Below are positions 28,596-37,954 of a stretch of 40,123 nt of DNA, piece after piece. The notes beneath the pieces are model-generated. The model was not told the DNA's origin, did no database searches, and worked only from the letters and a program-made list of their open reading frames with translations. Position 1 is the stretch's first letter; each line of letters starts with the position of its first letter. This stretch comes from a virus (Duplodnaviria > Heunggongvirae > Uroviricota > Caudoviricetes), in IMG/VR virus record IMGVR_UViG_2537562231_000015, positions 1 through 40,123 of that record. One strand, 5' to 3'. The translations under genes and the position numbers were made by a program.

Positions 28596-29168
28596 TTACA
28601 CAGACTGACGTGATGCCAGTTGCGCACTTTTACGCGAAAAAATCATGTTCTGCGCAGGGGTGAATTTTTCACGGCTGTCATCCACCGAAGCCGCGTCAGG
28701 CCTGAATCCGATGGTCGTTAAAATGTCGCTATCCTGTGCGGAATAATTAATTTTTTCACCCTTCGCAAGCCAGGACAGGAGGGCTTCACGCAGGGCATCT
28801 GTGGCACGCTGTATGGCACAGTTTCGGGCAATGGCCGTCAGATCACTGTAGCCCATCAGCTCCGGTGCCAGTGCCGCCGCCAGTGCTGTGCCGTGCTGCT
28901 GCATAAAATCATTCAGCCGGTCGCGGATGCTGATGTGCTGAACGGCTTCATGCGAACGAATATAACGACCGGCGGCCTGATTCACCTGCCATTTTCTGAC
29001 TTCGATAATATTGCGTAATTCGTCCAGGCGACTGACGTTTCTGCCTTCTCCTGACAGAAGCCGCAGATATTCCTGTTCGGCCGCAGCCAGCTCATTTTTG
29101 CGTTGCAGCCATGCTGCTTTGTTATTCTGACAGGTGTCAAAGGCCTGCTGTAAGGCTGTGCTTTCCAT
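28596..29168 (-). CDS. psu: Psu (polarity suppression / capsid decoration) protein
   Basis: 190-aa ORF, same length as P4 Psu, in the sid-delta-psu-cos arrangement. Confidence 0.85.
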   Translation of the reverse strand: MESTALQQAFDTCQNNKAAWLQRKNELAAAEQEYLRLLSGEGRNVSRLDELRNIIEVRKWQVNQAAGRYIRSHEAVQHISIRDRLNDFMQQHGTALAAALAPELMGYSDLTAIARNCAIQRATDALREALLSWLAKGEKINYSAQDSDILTTIGFRPDAASVDDSREKFTPAQNMIFSRKSAQLASRQSV

Positions 29169-29241
29169 CGTTATCTCTTTCTCATCATGCTGAAGAATAA
29201 AAATACGGTGTGTGGCGACGGCCGGTGTTAACCGGCAGCCC

Positions 29242-29742
29242 TCATTCCAGACGCAGCGAATATGATTGTGTTTTTAACCGTACTGGCGGCAGTTCCTGTT
29301 TTTCATGCAGGCGTTCTGCCAGTTCGTCCGGCGTGACCGGGCGGACAATGAAGCGGGTGATGGTCTGAAGCGTTTTAAACACCAGACCACAGCCCGGATC
29401 CGTGCACACATAAAAACGCTCGGTGACTTCCTGAGACAGACGCCGCGATGTTCTTGACAGTGCAAGGCCTTTACATCTCCGACAACAATATCCGGTAACA
29501 AGCATTCTTTTCGGGCGTTTCATACTGCCGGAGGCCGACGTCAGTGAATCGCGGTATCTCTGTTTGCCTGAAATGTATTCCATTCCTGAATCTTTACTGT
29601 CAGAGAAAAAGCTTTCACTCGCTTCAAATGTCGCAGAGCAATAAATATTCCGGCACTGTGCAATCATTATCTTGGTGCCATCGTCCATGAAATGTGCGCG
29701 ACGGGTGTGAGCAACATGTCCACACGACGGGCAGTAAATCAT
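29242..29742 (-). CDS. delta: Delta late-gene transactivator (tandem Ogr-like zinc finger)
   Basis: 166-aa ORF starting MIYCPSCGH with C-x2-C...C-x4-C pattern, a second Cys cluster further on; same length as P4 Delta. Confidence 0.85.
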   Translation of the reverse strand: MIYCPSCGHVAHTRRAHFMDDGTKIMIAQCRNIYCSATFEASESFFSDSKDSGMEYISGKQRYRDSLTSASGSMKRPKRMLVTGYCCRRCKGLALSRTSRRLSQEVTERFYVCTDPGCGLVFKTLQTITRFIVRPVTPDELAERLHEKQELPPVRLKTQSYSLRLE

Positions 29743-30473
29743 GACAGCAGTCCTCTGGCCTTAAGCTCTGCTCCCTGCTGGTCTATTTTGTCCTGCCACA
29801 CCTTGCGCTGTGCCGGTGTGCCTGCCACCTCATAATCCATGTGCGGGAGTGTTGCCGCTGACAGTCCGGTCAGCCGGAGAACCGGCTCGCCGGTGAGGCT
29901 GATTTGCATCTGTTTAATTTTCTGTTCCAGCGATGATTTCACCTGCTGCATGACAGCCTTTTCCGGTGCGACGTAGCCCTGATGGCCGGTGGTGTTGGCG
30001 AGCGGATTTTCCTGTACCAGGATACTCAGATGCATTGCCCGGACAAGCGCCTCACAGGTTTCATTCAGGGCGTGTTCCAGCTCATGCTCTGCATACAGAC
30101 TCAGAAGGTGATGATGTGCCTTCCGGTAGGCGGTGGCCGTGCTGTCACACGCCCCTTTCAGGCGTTCACGTTCAAAATTCAGCACCACGGCCAGATTGTC
30201 ATATTCCTGTACCAGCTCCCGGCGTGCCACGCGCTCAATGTGGCGCTGTTTCAGCTCGTCGCTCAGGACACCACCGGCTGCACGAAAGGCTGTGCGCCAG
30301 TCATCAGCGTCATTTCCGTCGGCCTGCGCCAGCGCATTTTTTTCCTGCTCTGCCCGTTCAATGGCCTTGACGGTCTCATCCATCAGTCGGGCGTTCTCAA
30401 GATGAGCGGCTCTGGCCTTTTCCAGTTGTGCCAGTGCGGGTTGCAGATATTCAGGGATGGTGTTGTCAGACAT
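29739..30473 (-). CDS. sid: Sid capsid size-determination protein
   Basis: ORF 29739..30491 trimmed to MSDNTIPEYLQ (244 aa, P4 Sid length); overlaps delta start. Confidence 0.85.
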   Translation of the reverse strand: MSDNTIPEYLQPALAQLEKARAAHLENARLMDETVKAIERAEQEKNALAQADGNDADDWRTAFRAAGGVLSDELKQRHIERVARRELVQEYDNLAVVLNFERERLKGACDSTATAYRKAHHHLLSLYAEHELEHALNETCEALVRAMHLSILVQENPLANTTGHQGYVAPEKAVMQQVKSSLEQKIKQMQISLTGEPVLRLTGLSAATLPHMDYEVAGTPAQRKVWQDKIDQQGAELKARGLLS

Positions 30474-30516
30474 TTTCCGGCTCCTCGTCACTTCAGATTA
30501 AGAAAATTGTGACGTA

Positions 30517-30573
30517 CACCGGACAACAACACGACGCATTGCAGATGTGCCAGCCCTGACACAGGAGACTCAT
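30517..30573. promoter_or_regulatory. Two TGT-N12-ACA dyads in the sid upstream region (candidate Delta/Ogr sites for Psid and a divergent late promoter)
   Basis: TGTgacgtacaccggACA at 30517-30534 and TGTgccagccctgacACA at 30556-30573. Confidence 0.35.
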
Positions 30574-30639
30574 CCTCAGACCGGCAAGCCAGGAAAAGGT
30601 CGCAGGAAAAACCGGCTTACTGTTTGTTTTTTTATATTT

Positions 30640-30770
30640 TACTGTTCACCTCTGTTCACCATAAGAAAAAAGATAAGTAATACAGTAAGTTAAAGGGTGA
30701 ACAATCGCAGTAATGACTGTTCACCGTCTGTTCACCACTGTTCACCCGCTCATGGACTTTTTGTGCTGTT
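30640..30770. repeat. P4-type replication origin iterons (TGTTCACC octamers)
   Basis: Six copies of TGTTCACC or its complement at 30643, 30653, 30696, 30718, 30729 and 30739. Confidence 0.6.
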
Positions 30771-31025
30771 TACTACTGTTTGTTTTTATTAATTCGCCGT
30801 GAATGAATAAGAAGAAACGATTTGTATTTCACTATAAAAATTACGAATTGCATTAAGTGGCTTTAAATGACTTTAAGTGGGAATGAACAAAAAACACACA
30901 GTCATTGTAAGGCTGCCGGAACAAATCCCCCCTGTTGCGTCTGCCAAAAATATTCACAAAATAAAGCGCTACCCGAAGCCGGACGGACTTATCCGGTGCT
31001 GTATGGACATTAACGAGGTAGCCCG

Positions 31026-31292
31026 ATGCAAGCTGTTTTTTCTTCCCCGTCTCCCGCCCCTGTGACGCCACTGATGCCGCTGCCGGACATCACGCAGGAG
31101 CGTTTTTTACGTCTGCCGGAAGTGATGCACCTGTGCGGCCTGTCACGCTCGACCATCTATGAACTCATCCGTAAGGGGGAATTTCCGCCGCAGGTGAGTC
31201 TTGGCGGTAAAAATGTGGCCTGGCTGCACTCTGAAGTCACCGCATGGATGGCCGGACGCATTGCCGGACGCAAACGGGGGTACGACGCATGA
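31026..31292 (+). CDS. vis: Vis/AlpA-family excision regulator (P4 orf88 equivalent)
   Basis: 88-aa ORF with AlpA-like HTH ([27 protein letters not shown]); GAGGTAG SD. Confidence 0.75.
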   Translation: MQAVFSSPSPAPVTPLMPLPDITQERFLRLPEVMHLCGLSRSTIYELIRKGEFPPQVSLGGKNVAWLHSEVTAWMAGRIAGRKRGYDA

Positions 31293-31325
31293 TGATGCCC
31301 GCTCTGCAAAAACTCCCTTTTTCTG

Positions 31326-31355
31326 GCTTGCCTTTTTCCGGCATTTGCGGATATA
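31326..31355 (+). promoter_or_regulatory. Candidate sigma70 promoter (PLE-like)
   Basis: TTGCCT, 18-bp spacer, TATAGT; upstream of the RNA-immunity region. Confidence 0.35.
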
Positions 31356-31510
31356 GTTTTTCCGCTGCCGCAAAATCGGCAGCCGGGCGTAGGAACCCGA
31401 GTTACTTCAAGGCGACATATGACGCGCCATGCGTCTTTTTTTACGTCGTTGCTTCGGCACACCTGTTTTTCTGGCTGTGGTTTTTAAACCGTAGCCTCTG
31501 TCAGATAATG

Positions 31511-31590
31511 GTGGTCCGGGCGGGGCAGCCTTCGGGCTGGCCGGTTTCCTTGAAGGCCGGTATTCCTACCCCCGTCCGGGCTACCACCCA
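31511..31590 (+). ncRNA. cI: Candidate P4-type CI immunity RNA
   Basis: Structured GC-rich segment containing CCTTGAAGG and TATTCCTAC, complementary to repeated GTAGGAAC...ACTTCAAGG elements at 31385-31412 and 31595-31640. Confidence 0.45.
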
Positions 31591-31645
31591 TGAGCGTAGG
31601 AACTCCAGTGGTAGCTGTAACTGTTACTTCAAGGAGGCTGCCATC

Positions 31646-31843
31646 ATGGCTACAACCCTTACCCCCTCACACCCTGAATTTGTCTTTGTGTTTGCGGCTG
31701 TCCGTCGCGCAGGCCGTCATCCCCGTATCTGTATGCTTCGCACCGTCGCCGGTGATGAACGCAGCGCCCGCCGTTCCCTTGTCCGTGACTATGTGCTCTC
31801 CCTTGCTGCCCGTCTGCCGGTGGTGGAGGTGTCCCGTGCGTAA
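31646..31843 (+). CDS. Small protein downstream of the immunity RNA
   Basis: 65-aa ORF with AAGGAGG SD that overlaps the downstream target repeat. Confidence 0.4.
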   Translation: MATTLTPSHPEFVFVFAAVRRAGRHPRICMLRTVAGDERSARRSLVRDYVLSLAARLPVVEVSRA

Positions 31844-32100
31844 TAAAAAAGCCCCTCAGACCGTCTCAGCACGTCATGACGCCCGTGAACACCTCAGCAT
31901 TGAGGCTTACCATAAGCTCAACCGCGCCAGCGCCGTATCCCAGTTTGTTGGGGGTGATTTGATTCACCGTGAACTCTCCGGCCTGCATCAGCTCTACATT
32001 CCGCATATTTTCAGCGTAAGCGTAAACTGACCGCCGTATGTAGCCATCAGACGAGAATTGGTAACTTAGACGCCCATCTGATATAGACGGACATCTAAGT

Positions 32101-32526
32101 ATGGAATTACAGGACTGGCGAAAAGAACCTCGTAAAAACTATTCGAATGAATTCAAACTTCGTATGGTGGAACTGGCATCACAACCTGGAGCTTGTGTTG
32201 CACAGATTGCACGTGAAAATGGCGTCAATGATAATGTTATTTTCAAATGGCTCAGGCTCTGGCAGAACGAAGGGCGTGTTTCGCGGCGTCTTCCGGTAAC
32301 GACCTCTTCTGACACTGGCGTTGAATTATTACCTGTAGAAATAACGCCGGATGAGCAGAAAGAACCTGTGGCGGCCATTGCGCCGTCTTTATCCACTTCC
32401 ACTCAGACCAGAGTCAGTGCCAGTTCCTGCAAGGTGGAATTCCGTCACGGTAACATGACGCTGGAAAATCCATCGCCAGAGCTGCTCACAGTGTTGATCC
32501 GTGAACTGACCGGGAGGGGAAGATGA
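32101..32526 (+). CDS. IS66-family accessory protein (orf1/TnpA)
   Basis: 141-aa ORF, first gene of the IS66 three-gene array. Confidence 0.8.
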   Translation: MELQDWRKEPRKNYSNEFKLRMVELASQPGACVAQIARENGVNDNVIFKWLRLWQNEGRVSRRLPVTTSSDTGVELLPVEITPDEQKEPVAAIAPSLSTSTQTRVSASSCKVEFRHGNMTLENPSPELLTVLIRELTGRGR

Positions 32527-32873
32527 TCTCACTCCCATCAGGTACCCGTATCTGGCTCGTTGCCGGCGTTACCGATATGCGTAAATCCTTCAACGGACTG
32601 GGAGAACAGGTACAACATGTGCTGAATGATAATCCCTTCTCCGGTCACCTGTTTATCTTCCGTGGCCGACGGGGTGACACCGTCAAAATTCTTTGGGCTG
32701 ATGCTGATGGTCTGTGCCTGTTCACCAAACGCCTGGAGGAAGGCCAGTTTATCTGGCCTGCGGTACGTGACGGCAAGGTATCCATTACCCGCTCGCAACT
32801 GGCAATGCTCCTCGATAAGCTGGACTGGCGTCAGCCAAAAACATCCAGCCGTAACTCACTGACAATGTTGTAA
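32523..32873 (+). CDS. IS66-family Orf2 (TnpB)
   Basis: 116-aa ORF overlapping orf1 stop; conserved IS66 orf2 size. Confidence 0.85.
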   Translation: MISLPSGTRIWLVAGVTDMRKSFNGLGEQVQHVLNDNPFSGHLFIFRGRRGDTVKILWADADGLCLFTKRLEEGQFIWPAVRDGKVSITRSQLAMLLDKLDWRQPKTSSRNSLTML

Positions 32874-32903
32874 AAAACTCCTGACCGCATTATAAAAACG
32901 GTC

Positions 32904-34517
32904 ATGAGTCAGAAATACCTCATTCGCATCGCAGAGCTGGAAAGGTTGCTCTCTGAGCAGGCTGAAGCCCTCCGTCAGAAAGACCAGCAACTGAGTCTGG
33001 TTGAAGAGACGGAAGCCTTCCTGCGCTCTGCACTGACACGTGCCGAAGAAAAGATCGAAGAAGATGAACGGGAAATAGAACATCTGCGGGCTCAGATAGA
33101 AAAACTGCGCCGGATGCTGTTCGGTACCCGTTCTGAAAAACTGCGTCGTGAAGTTGAACTGGCTGAGGCTCTGCTGAAACAACGTGAACAGGACAGCGAT
33201 CGTTACAGTGGGCGGGAAGACGATCCTCAGGTTCCCCGCCAGTTGCGACAGTCGCGCCATCGTCGTCCGTTACCGGCACACCTTCCCCGTGAAATACACC
33301 GCCTGGAGCCAGAAGAAAGCTGTTGCCCGGAGTGTGGCGGTGAGCTGGATTATCTGGGGGAAGTCAGCGCTGAACAGCTGGAACTGGTGAGCAGTGCCCT
33401 GAAAGTGATCCGCACAGAACGGGTAAAAAAAGCCTGTACAAAATGTGACTGTATTGTTGAAGCACCGGCGCCGTCCCGCCCGATAGAGCGTGGTATCGCG
33501 GGCCCCGGATTACTTGCCCGCGTGTTAACGGGAAAATACTGCGAACATCTGCCACTGTATCGTCAGAGTGAAATCTTTGCCCGCCAGGGTGTCGAACTGA
33601 GCCGGGCCTTACTCTCCAACTGGGTTGACGCGTGCTGCCAGTTAATGACACCGGTGAATGATGCCCTGTACCGTTATGTAATGAACACCCGCAAGGTTCA
33701 CACTGATGACACACCGGTAAAGGTACTGGCACCGGGTCAGAAAAAGGCGAAAACAGGGCGTATCTGGACGTATGTCCGGGATGATCGCAATGTGGGTTCG
33801 TCATCTCCTCCAGCGGTCTGGTTCGCGTACTCGCCGAACCGGCAGGGGAAACACCCGGAGCAACACCTCCGCCCCTTCCGGGGTATCCTGCAGGCGGATG
33901 CGTTCACAGGTTACGACAGGTTGTTCAGTGCAGAACGTGAAGGTGGTGCACTGACAGAAGTTGCGTGCTGGGCCCATGCCCGGCGAAAAATCCACGATGT
34001 ATACATCAGCAGCAAAAGTGCGACGGCAGAAGAAGCCCTGAAGCGAATCAGTGAACTGTACGCCATCGAGGATGAAATACGGGGATTACCGGAGTCAGAG
34101 CGTCTTGCCGTCAGGCAGCAGCGAAGCAAAGTGTTACTGACGTCGCTGCATGAATGGATGGTGGAGAAGAATGGTACGCTGTCGAAAAAATCCAGACTGG
34201 GCGAAGCGTTCAGCTATGTACTGAATCAGTGGGATGCCCTCTGTTATTACAGTGATGACGGTCTGGCGGAGGCGGATAATAATGCTGCGGAAAGAGCGCT
34301 TCGTGCAGTCTGTCTCGGAAAGAAAAACTTTATGTTCTTTGGCAGCGATCACGGCGGCGAGCGTGGAGCACTGTTGTACGGGCTGATCGGCACCTGCCGT
34401 CTGAACGGTATCGATCCGGAAGCGTATCTGCGCCATATCCTGAGCGTACTGCCGGAATGGCCTTCCAACCGAGTTGACGAACTCCTGCCATGGAACGTAG
34501 TACTCACCAATAAATAA
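32904..34517 (+). CDS. IS66-family transposase (TnpC)
   Basis: 537-aa ORF with N-terminal coiled coil, zinc-finger-like CPECGG and C-terminal DDE region. Confidence 0.9.
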   Translation: MSQKYLIRIAELERLLSEQAEALRQKDQQLSLVEETEAFLRSALTRAEEKIEEDEREIEHLRAQIEKLRRMLFGTRSEKLRREVELAEALLKQREQDSDRYSGREDDPQVPRQLRQSRHRRPLPAHLPREIHRLEPEESCCPECGGELDYLGEVSAEQLELVSSALKVIRTERVKKACTKCDCIVEAPAPSRPIERGIAGPGLLARVLTGKYCEHLPLYRQSEIFARQGVELSRALLSNWVDACCQLMTPVNDALYRYVMNTRKVHTDDTPVKVLAPGQKKAKTGRIWTYVRDDRNVGSSSPPAVWFAYSPNRQGKHPEQHLRPFRGILQADAFTGYDRLFSAEREGGALTEVACWAHARRKIHDVYISSKSATAEEALKRISELYAIEDEIRGLPESERLAVRQQRSKVLLTSLHEWMVEKNGTLSKKSRLGEAFSYVLNQWDALCYYSDDGLAEADNNAAERALRAVCLGKKNFMFFGSDHGGERGALLYGLIGTCRLNGIDPEAYLRHILSVLPEWPSNRVDELLPWNVVLTNK

Positions 34518-34655
34518 GCGTCAATACGGTGCTCCGTTGACGCTTACTTTTCAGCTACCTGAATGAAGATATTGATTTTGTGCTGAATGAGCTGAAAGCC
34601 AAAGGCCTGTGCCGCGATTTTCTCGCCCAGCAGAAAGACCGGGGAGACAGGACGC

Positions 34656-35111
34656 ATGTTTGATTTTCCCCAGCCCGGTGAGATTTACCGTTCTGCCGGT
34701 TTTCCCGATGTGGCCGTGGTCGGCATTCTGGAAGACGGTATTCCGTGGGAAATGCCGTACCGCTGCCCGGACATTGTCTGGAACCCGTACCGCCGTAAAT
34801 TCAGTATCCTTGTGCGTATCCTCGCTGACGGGCGCACCACAGACATCCCGCTGGGGCGTTTTCTGCGGGAATTTACCTGTGACCGTCCTGACCTGTTCAA
34901 ACGCAGCCCCGTAAACCGGCATGCGGTACTGAAAGAAATGGCCGGAGACCCGGAATTACAGAAATGGCGGGAGAAATATCTGGATATTTACCCGCAGGAC
35001 ACTGTTCCGGTCAGCCGGGCGGCACCGGTGGCGCGGGAATGGCGGGAAATTCCCCGCACGGAGCCTGACCCGGAAATCACCCCGGATAACAGTTACCGCA
35101 ATTATCTGTAA
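34656..35111 (+). CDS. P4 orf151-like protein
   Basis: 151-aa ORF, same length and position as P4 orf151. Confidence 0.55.
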   Translation: MFDFPQPGEIYRSAGFPDVAVVGILEDGIPWEMPYRCPDIVWNPYRRKFSILVRILADGRTTDIPLGRFLREFTCDRPDLFKRSPVNRHAVLKEMAGDPELQKWREKYLDIYPQDTVPVSRAAPVAREWREIPRTEPDPEITPDNSYRNYL

Positions 35112-35246
35112 TTAAAAAACGACACCCGAAAAATTAAATGTGCGTATTCGCGCAGGGATACGCACGTCTTCAGGAGACGCAGATATGCCTTATCAGTTAA
35201 TGCAACCGGCACGGAATGCAGTCATCTGTCACAGGGAGGAAAGCAA

Positions 35247-35567
35247 ATGAAAACACCCTTACCGCCCGTCTTACGCGCTGCCCTTTACCGTCGCGCTGTC
35301 GCCTGTGCCTGGCTGACCGTGTGCGAACGTCAGCACCGCTACCCGCATCTCACCCTTGAGTCACTGGAGGCGGCCATCGCCGCTGAGCTGGAAGGCTTTT
35401 ATCTGCGCCAGCACGGTGAGGAAAAAGGGCGTCAGATAGCCTGTGCCCTGCTGGAAGATTTAATGGAATCCGGCCCCCTGAAGGCCGCGCCGTCGCTGTC
35501 CTTTCTCGGGCTGGTTGTGATGGATGAACTCTGTGCCCGTCACATAAAAGCGCCGGTACTGCACTGA
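35247..35567 (+). CDS. P4 orf106-like protein
   Basis: 106-aa ORF directly upstream of alpha. Confidence 0.55.
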
Positions 35568-35581
35568 AGGAGAACAACACC

Positions 35582-37915
35582 ATGAAAATGAACGTAACCG
35601 CCACCGTCAGCCATGCGCTCGGCCACTGGCCGCGTATTCTCCCGGCGCTGGGGATTCAGGTGCTGAAAAACCGTCATCAGCCCTGTCCGGTCTGTGGCGG
35701 GAGTGACCGCTTCCGTTTTGATGACAGGGAGGGGCGCGGCACCTGGTACTGCAATCAGTGTGGTGCCGGTGACGGCCTGAAACTGGTTGAAAAGGTGTTT
35801 GGTGTCTCCCCGTCCGACGCGGCCGCAAAGGTGGCTGCCGTGACCGGCAGTCTGCCCCCGGCTGACCCGGCAGTGACGGCCGCCGCCGTTGCTGAAACAG
35901 ACGCTGCCCGGAAGAACGCCGCCGCACTGGCACAAACCCTGATGGCAAAAACCCGTCCCGGAACCGGTAACGCCTACCTGACCCGCAAGGGCTTTCCCGG
36001 CCGGGAATGCCGGATGCTGACCGGCACACACAGAGCCGGTGGCGTGAGCTGGCGCGCCGGTGACCTTGTGGTGCCACTGTATGACGACAGCGGCGAACTG
36101 GTTAACCTTCAGTTAATCAGTGCTGACGGCCGTAAGCGTACCCTGAAAGGCGGACAGGTCAGGGGCACCTGTCACACCCTTGAAGGACAGAATCAGGCCG
36201 GAAAACGTCTGTGGATAGCGGAGGGATACGCGACCGCACTTACCGTACATCACCTGACCGGTGAAACGGTGATGGTGGCGCTTTCTTCCGTGAACCTCCT
36301 TTCTCTGGCCAGCCTTGCCCGGCAGAAGCATCCGGCCTGTCATATTGTCCTTGCTGCTGACCGTGACCTCAGCGGTGACGGCCAGACAAAAGCCGCCGCA
36401 GCCGCAGATGCGTGTGAAGGTGTTGTTGCCCTGCCGCCGGTCTTCGGTGACTGGAATGATGCCTTCACGCAGTACGGCGGGGAAGCCACCCGTAAGGCCA
36501 TTTATGATGCCATCCGGCCACCGGCTGAAAGCCCGTTCGACACCATGAGCGAAGCGGAGTTTTCCGCCATGAGTACCAGCGAAAAGGCCATGCGTATCTA
36601 TGAGCATTACGGCGAGGCGCTCGCGGTCGATGCCAACGGCCAGCTTCTGTCCCGTTATGAAAATGGTGTCTGGAAGGTGCTGCCACCACAGGACTTTGCC
36701 CGGGATGTGGCCGGGCTGTTTCAGCGGCTGCGCGCGCCGTTCTCCTCCGGGAAGGTGGCCTCCGTGGTGGACACCCTGAAGCTGATTATTCCGCAGCAGG
36801 AAGCCCCCTCCCGCCGCCTGATTGGCTTTCGTAACGGCGTGCTCGACACGCAGAGCGGCACGTTCCACCCGCACAGTCCGTCACACTGGATGCGCACCCT
36901 GTGCGATGTGGATTTCACCCCGCCGGTGGAAGGGGAAACGCTGGAAACCCACGCCCCCGCGTTCTGGCGCTGGCTTGACCGTGCCGCCGGTGGTCGTGCG
37001 GAAAAACGCGACGTGATTCTGGCCGCACTGTTTATGGTGCTGGCAAACCGCTACGACTGGCAGCTCTTTCTGGAGGTGACCGGTCCCGGCGGCAGCGGCA
37101 AAAGTATCATGGCCGAAATAGCCACCCTGCTGGCCGGGGAAGATAACGCCACGTCGGCCACCATTGAGACGCTGGAATCCCCGCGTGAACGTGCCGCGTT
37201 AACTGGCTTCTCACTGATACGCCTGCCGGACCAGGAAAAATGGAGCGGCGACGGAGCCGGACTCAAGGCCATCACCGGCGGCGATGCGGTGTCCGTTGAC
37301 CCGAAATACCGGGATGCGTACTCCACGCACATCCCGGCGGTGATTCTGGCCGTGAACAATAACCCGATGCGCTTCACCGACCGCAGCGGCGGCGTGTCAC
37401 GCCGGCGGGTGATTATTCACTTCCCGGAACAGATAGCCCCGCAGGAGCGCGACCCGCAGCTTAAGGACAAAATCACCCGCGAGCTGGCGGTCATCGTGCG
37501 TCACCTGATGCAGAAGTTCAGCGACCCGATGCTCGCCCGGTCACTGCTTCAGTCCCAGCAGAACTCAGACGAGGCGCTGAACATCAAACGGGATGCCGAC
37601 CCGACGTTTGATTTTATCGGCTATCTGGAAACCCTGCCGCAGACCAGCGGCATGTATATGGGGAACGCGAGTATCATCCCGCGCAATTACCGTAAATACC
37701 TCTATCACGCCTATCTGGCCTACATGGAGGCAAACGGCTACCGGAACGTACTCAGTCTGAAAATGTTCGGGCTGGGGCTGCCGGTGATGCTGAAGGAATA
37801 CGGACTGAATTACGAGAAGCGCCATACCAAACAGGGGATACAGACCAACCTGACGCTGAAAGAGGAAAGCTACGGCGACTGGCTGCCAAAATGTGACGAC
37901 CCTGCAACAACCTGA
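35582..37915 (+). CDS. alpha: Alpha primase-helicase (P4 replication protein)
   Basis: 777-aa ORF, same length as P4 alpha; N-terminal zinc-binding primase motif CPVCGGSDRFRFDD...WYCNQCG. Confidence 0.9.
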   Translation: MKMNVTATVSHALGHWPRILPALGIQVLKNRHQPCPVCGGSDRFRFDDREGRGTWYCNQCGAGDGLKLVEKVFGVSPSDAAAKVAAVTGSLPPADPAVTAAAVAETDAARKNAAALAQTLMAKTRPGTGNAYLTRKGFPGRECRMLTGTHRAGGVSWRAGDLVVPLYDDSGELVNLQLISADGRKRTLKGGQVRGTCHTLEGQNQAGKRLWIAEGYATALTVHHLTGETVMVALSSVNLLSLASLARQKHPACHIVLAADRDLSGDGQTKAAAAADACEGVVALPPVFGDWNDAFTQYGGEATRKAIYDAIRPPAESPFDTMSEAEFSAMSTSEKAMRIYEHYGEALAVDANGQLLSRYENGVWKVLPPQDFARDVAGLFQRLRAPFSSGKVASVVDTLKLIIPQQEAPSRRLIGFRNGVLDTQSGTFHPHSPSHWMRTLCDVDFTPPVEGETLETHAPAFWRWLDRAAGGRAEKRDVILAALFMVLANRYDWQLFLEVTGPGGSGKSIMAEIATLLAGEDNATSATIETLESPRERAALTGFSLIRLPDQEKWSGDGAGLKAITGGDAVSVDPKYRDAYSTHIPAVILAVNNNPMRFTDRSGGVSRRRVIIHFPEQIAPQERDPQLKDKITRELAVIVRHLMQKFSDPMLARSLLQSQQNSDEALNIKRDADPTFDFIGYLETLPQTSGMYMGNASIIPRNYRKYLYHAYLAYMEANGYRNVLSLKMFGLGLPVMLKEYGLNYEKRHTKQGIQTNLTLKEESYGDWLPKCDDPATT

Positions 37916-37921
37916 CCCACC

Positions 37922-37947
37922 TGACCGGCATCTGCCGGTCTTTTTTT
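37922..37947 (+). terminator. Intrinsic terminator after alpha
   Basis: GACCGGCA-tct-GCCGGTC stem followed by TTTTTTT. Confidence 0.7.
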
Positions 37948-37954
37948 ATCCCGA

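Larger units (their letters stand above)
32016..34547 (+). mobile_element. IS66-family insertion sequence with 8-bp target-site duplication
   Basis: Imperfect terminal inverted repeats beginning GTAAGCGT at both ends; TTTTCAGC duplicated at 32008-32015 and 34548-34555; three-ORF IS66 organisation. Confidence 0.9.
31836..34663 (+). pseudogene. Epsilon-like (helper derepression) gene interrupted by an IS66-family element
   Basis: GTG start with GGAGG SD; reading frame continues in frame across the IS when one TSD copy is removed, giving about 95 aa; stop overlaps the orf151 ATG (ATGTTTGA). Confidence 0.5.

Noticed and set aside
29966-30512. Plus-strand ORFs of 90-176 aa
   Set aside because: Antisense to sid and delta; no support.
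30640-30770. Possible CRISPR array suggested by repeated TGTTCACC
   Set aside because: Repeats are 8 bp with irregular spacing and mixed orientation, and match P4 ori/crr iterons; no CRISPR-like repeat-spacer periodicity anywhere in the window.
31244-31843. 199-aa plus-strand ORF spanning the immunity region
   Set aside because: It would read through the structured RNA region and target repeats; only the last 65 codons have a strong SD (AAGGAGG), so I call only that part as a CDS.
35540-36874. Several minus-strand ORFs of 150-250 aa
   Set aside because: Antisense within the GC-rich alpha primase gene; Arg/Gly/Pro-rich translations typical of spurious frames in GC-rich DNA.
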